A stretch of DNA of 18,760 nucleotides from a virus (taxonomy: Duplodnaviria > Heunggongvirae > Uroviricota > Caudoviricetes), in the IMG/VR virus record IMGVR_UViG_2563366883_000018; one strand, 5' to 3'. Below, in pieces: positions 18,143 to 18,760 of this stretch. Below the pieces are notes generated by a model. That model made no database searches, had not been told where the DNA came from, and saw only the letters and a program-made list of their open reading frames with translations. The stretch's first letter is position 1. Every line of letters begins with the position of its first letter. The position numbers and the translations under genes are program-made.

Positions 18143-18430
18143 TCAGAGAATGCGTTTGACCGCCTCGCTATATACTTCCGAGCGTTCTCTTTTCCCAACA
18201 GAAATCACGAAAACGACAACTTTCTCGTCTATAACCTGGTATACAAGGCGATAGCCTGAAGACCGGAGCTTAATCTTGTAACAATCAGGCATACCACGGA
18301 GCTTGTTTGCTTCAATCCGGGGTGACTCAAGTACTTCAACCAGCTTCTTTTTCAACTGTTCACGTACCGTCGAGCCCAGCTTTCGTCATTCCTTTAGTGC
18401 CCGCTCGTCAAAATCCAGAAAATACGCCAT
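18143..18430 (-). pseudogene. relE: relE mRNA-interferase toxin gene with an in-frame TGA at codon 15
   Basis: Minus strand from ATG 18430: MAYFLDFDERALKE-TGA-RKLGSTVREQLKKKLVEVLESPRIEANKLRGMPDCYKIKLRSSGYRLVYQVIDEKVVVFVISVGKRERSEVYSEAVKRIL; the stop occupies 18388-18386 where recalled K-12 RelE has Trp; the ORF-track 70-aa ORF is only the part after an internal TTG. Confidence 0.85.
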
Positions 18431-18666
18431 CAGAGTTCATCCAGCGTCACACGTACTGGCTTAGGATTACGAAGCCGTTCTTTCACTATCTCCACAAGTT
18501 CAGCATCTTCATCACTCAGGAGTGTCTGTTTGAACGGCAAGCGTTCATTGTCAGCGATATACTCGAGCATGAGACGAAGCGCTTCAGAAGGAGTTACACC
18601 CATTTTTTCAAGCGCGGCGTAAGAACGCGCTTTAAGTTCATCGTCAATACGCAGGTTAATGCTACC
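18430..18666 (-). CDS. relB: RelB antitoxin coding sequence (codons 2-79 plus stop); the native ATG is split by the IS1 end
   Basis: ORF track 18430..18681(-) starts at a TTG inside the IS1 inverted repeat; translation from codon 2 is GSINLRIDDELKARSYAALEKMGVTPSEALRLMLEYIADNERLPFKQTLLSDEDAELVEIVKERLRNPKPVRVTLDEL; the stop overlaps the relE ATG (ATGA). Confidence 0.85.
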   Translation of the reverse strand, partial: GSINLRIDDELKARSYAALEKMGVTPSEALRLMLEYIADNERLPFKQTLLSDEDAELVEIVKERLRNPKPVRVTLDEL

Positions 18667-18667
18667 C

Positions 18668-18760
18668 GGTAATGACTCCAACTTATTGATAGTGTTTTAT
18701 GTTCAGATAATGCCCGATGACTTTGTCATGCAGCTCCACCGATTTTGAGAACGACAGCGA
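18668..18760 (-). mobile_element. insB: IS1 insertion sequence, partial (terminal inverted repeat plus the last 26 codons of insB); continues beyond the window
   Basis: 18668-18760 reads GGTAATGACTCCAACTTATTGATAGTGTTTTATGTTCAGATAATGCCCGATGACTTTGTCATGCAGCTCCACCGATTTTGAGAACGACAGCGA, the canonical IS1 end as I recall it; the minus strand encodes ...SLSFSKSVELHDKVIGHYLNIKHYQ-stop. Confidence 0.9.

Noticed and set aside
17938-18254. Plus-strand ORFs 17938..18159 and 18060..18254 overlapping hokD and relE
   Set aside because: Antisense to hokD and relE, whose minus-strand translations match known proteins; no features of their own. A sok-like antisense RNA cannot be confirmed or excluded by eye.
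18668-18681. TTG at 18681 as a genuine relB start (83-aa ORF in the track)
   Set aside because: The TTG lies inside the IS1 terminal inverted repeat with no SD; the first four residues are encoded by IS1 sequence, so this is an ORF-finder artefact of the insertion.

Overview
The window is about 18.7 kb of a defective lambdoid prophage of the Qin type (Escherichia coli-like, with a phage-21-like lysis cassette), running from the chromosomal MFS transporter gene ydfJ at the left edge to an IS1 end at the right edge. All calls rest on reading the ORF translations and the DNA by eye; no database search was run, and the gene names come from recalled similarity to E. coli K-12 Qin proteins. Order on the minus (phage late-transcription) strand, right to left: relB-relE-hokD toxin/antitoxin module, two small ORFs, ydfU, antiterminator quuQ, the cold-shock genes cspF/cspB, lysis cassette essQ-ydfR-rrrQ-rzpQ/rzoQ, cspI, a 76-aa ORF, gnsB, a broken ydfO, a cos site, terminase small subunit nohA, a truncated large terminase fused to a lom fragment, a full-length side tail fibre stfQ with tfaQ, then pinQ and ydfK on the plus strand. 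I did not find a convincing wholly new system. The most notable observations are decay and rearrangement signatures: relE carries an in-frame TGA at codon 15, IS1 sits exactly in the relB start codon, a deletion joins the large terminase to lom, and ydfO has an in-frame stop plus a 21-bp tandem duplication. Several small ORFs with good ribosome-binding sites are flagged as candidates only.
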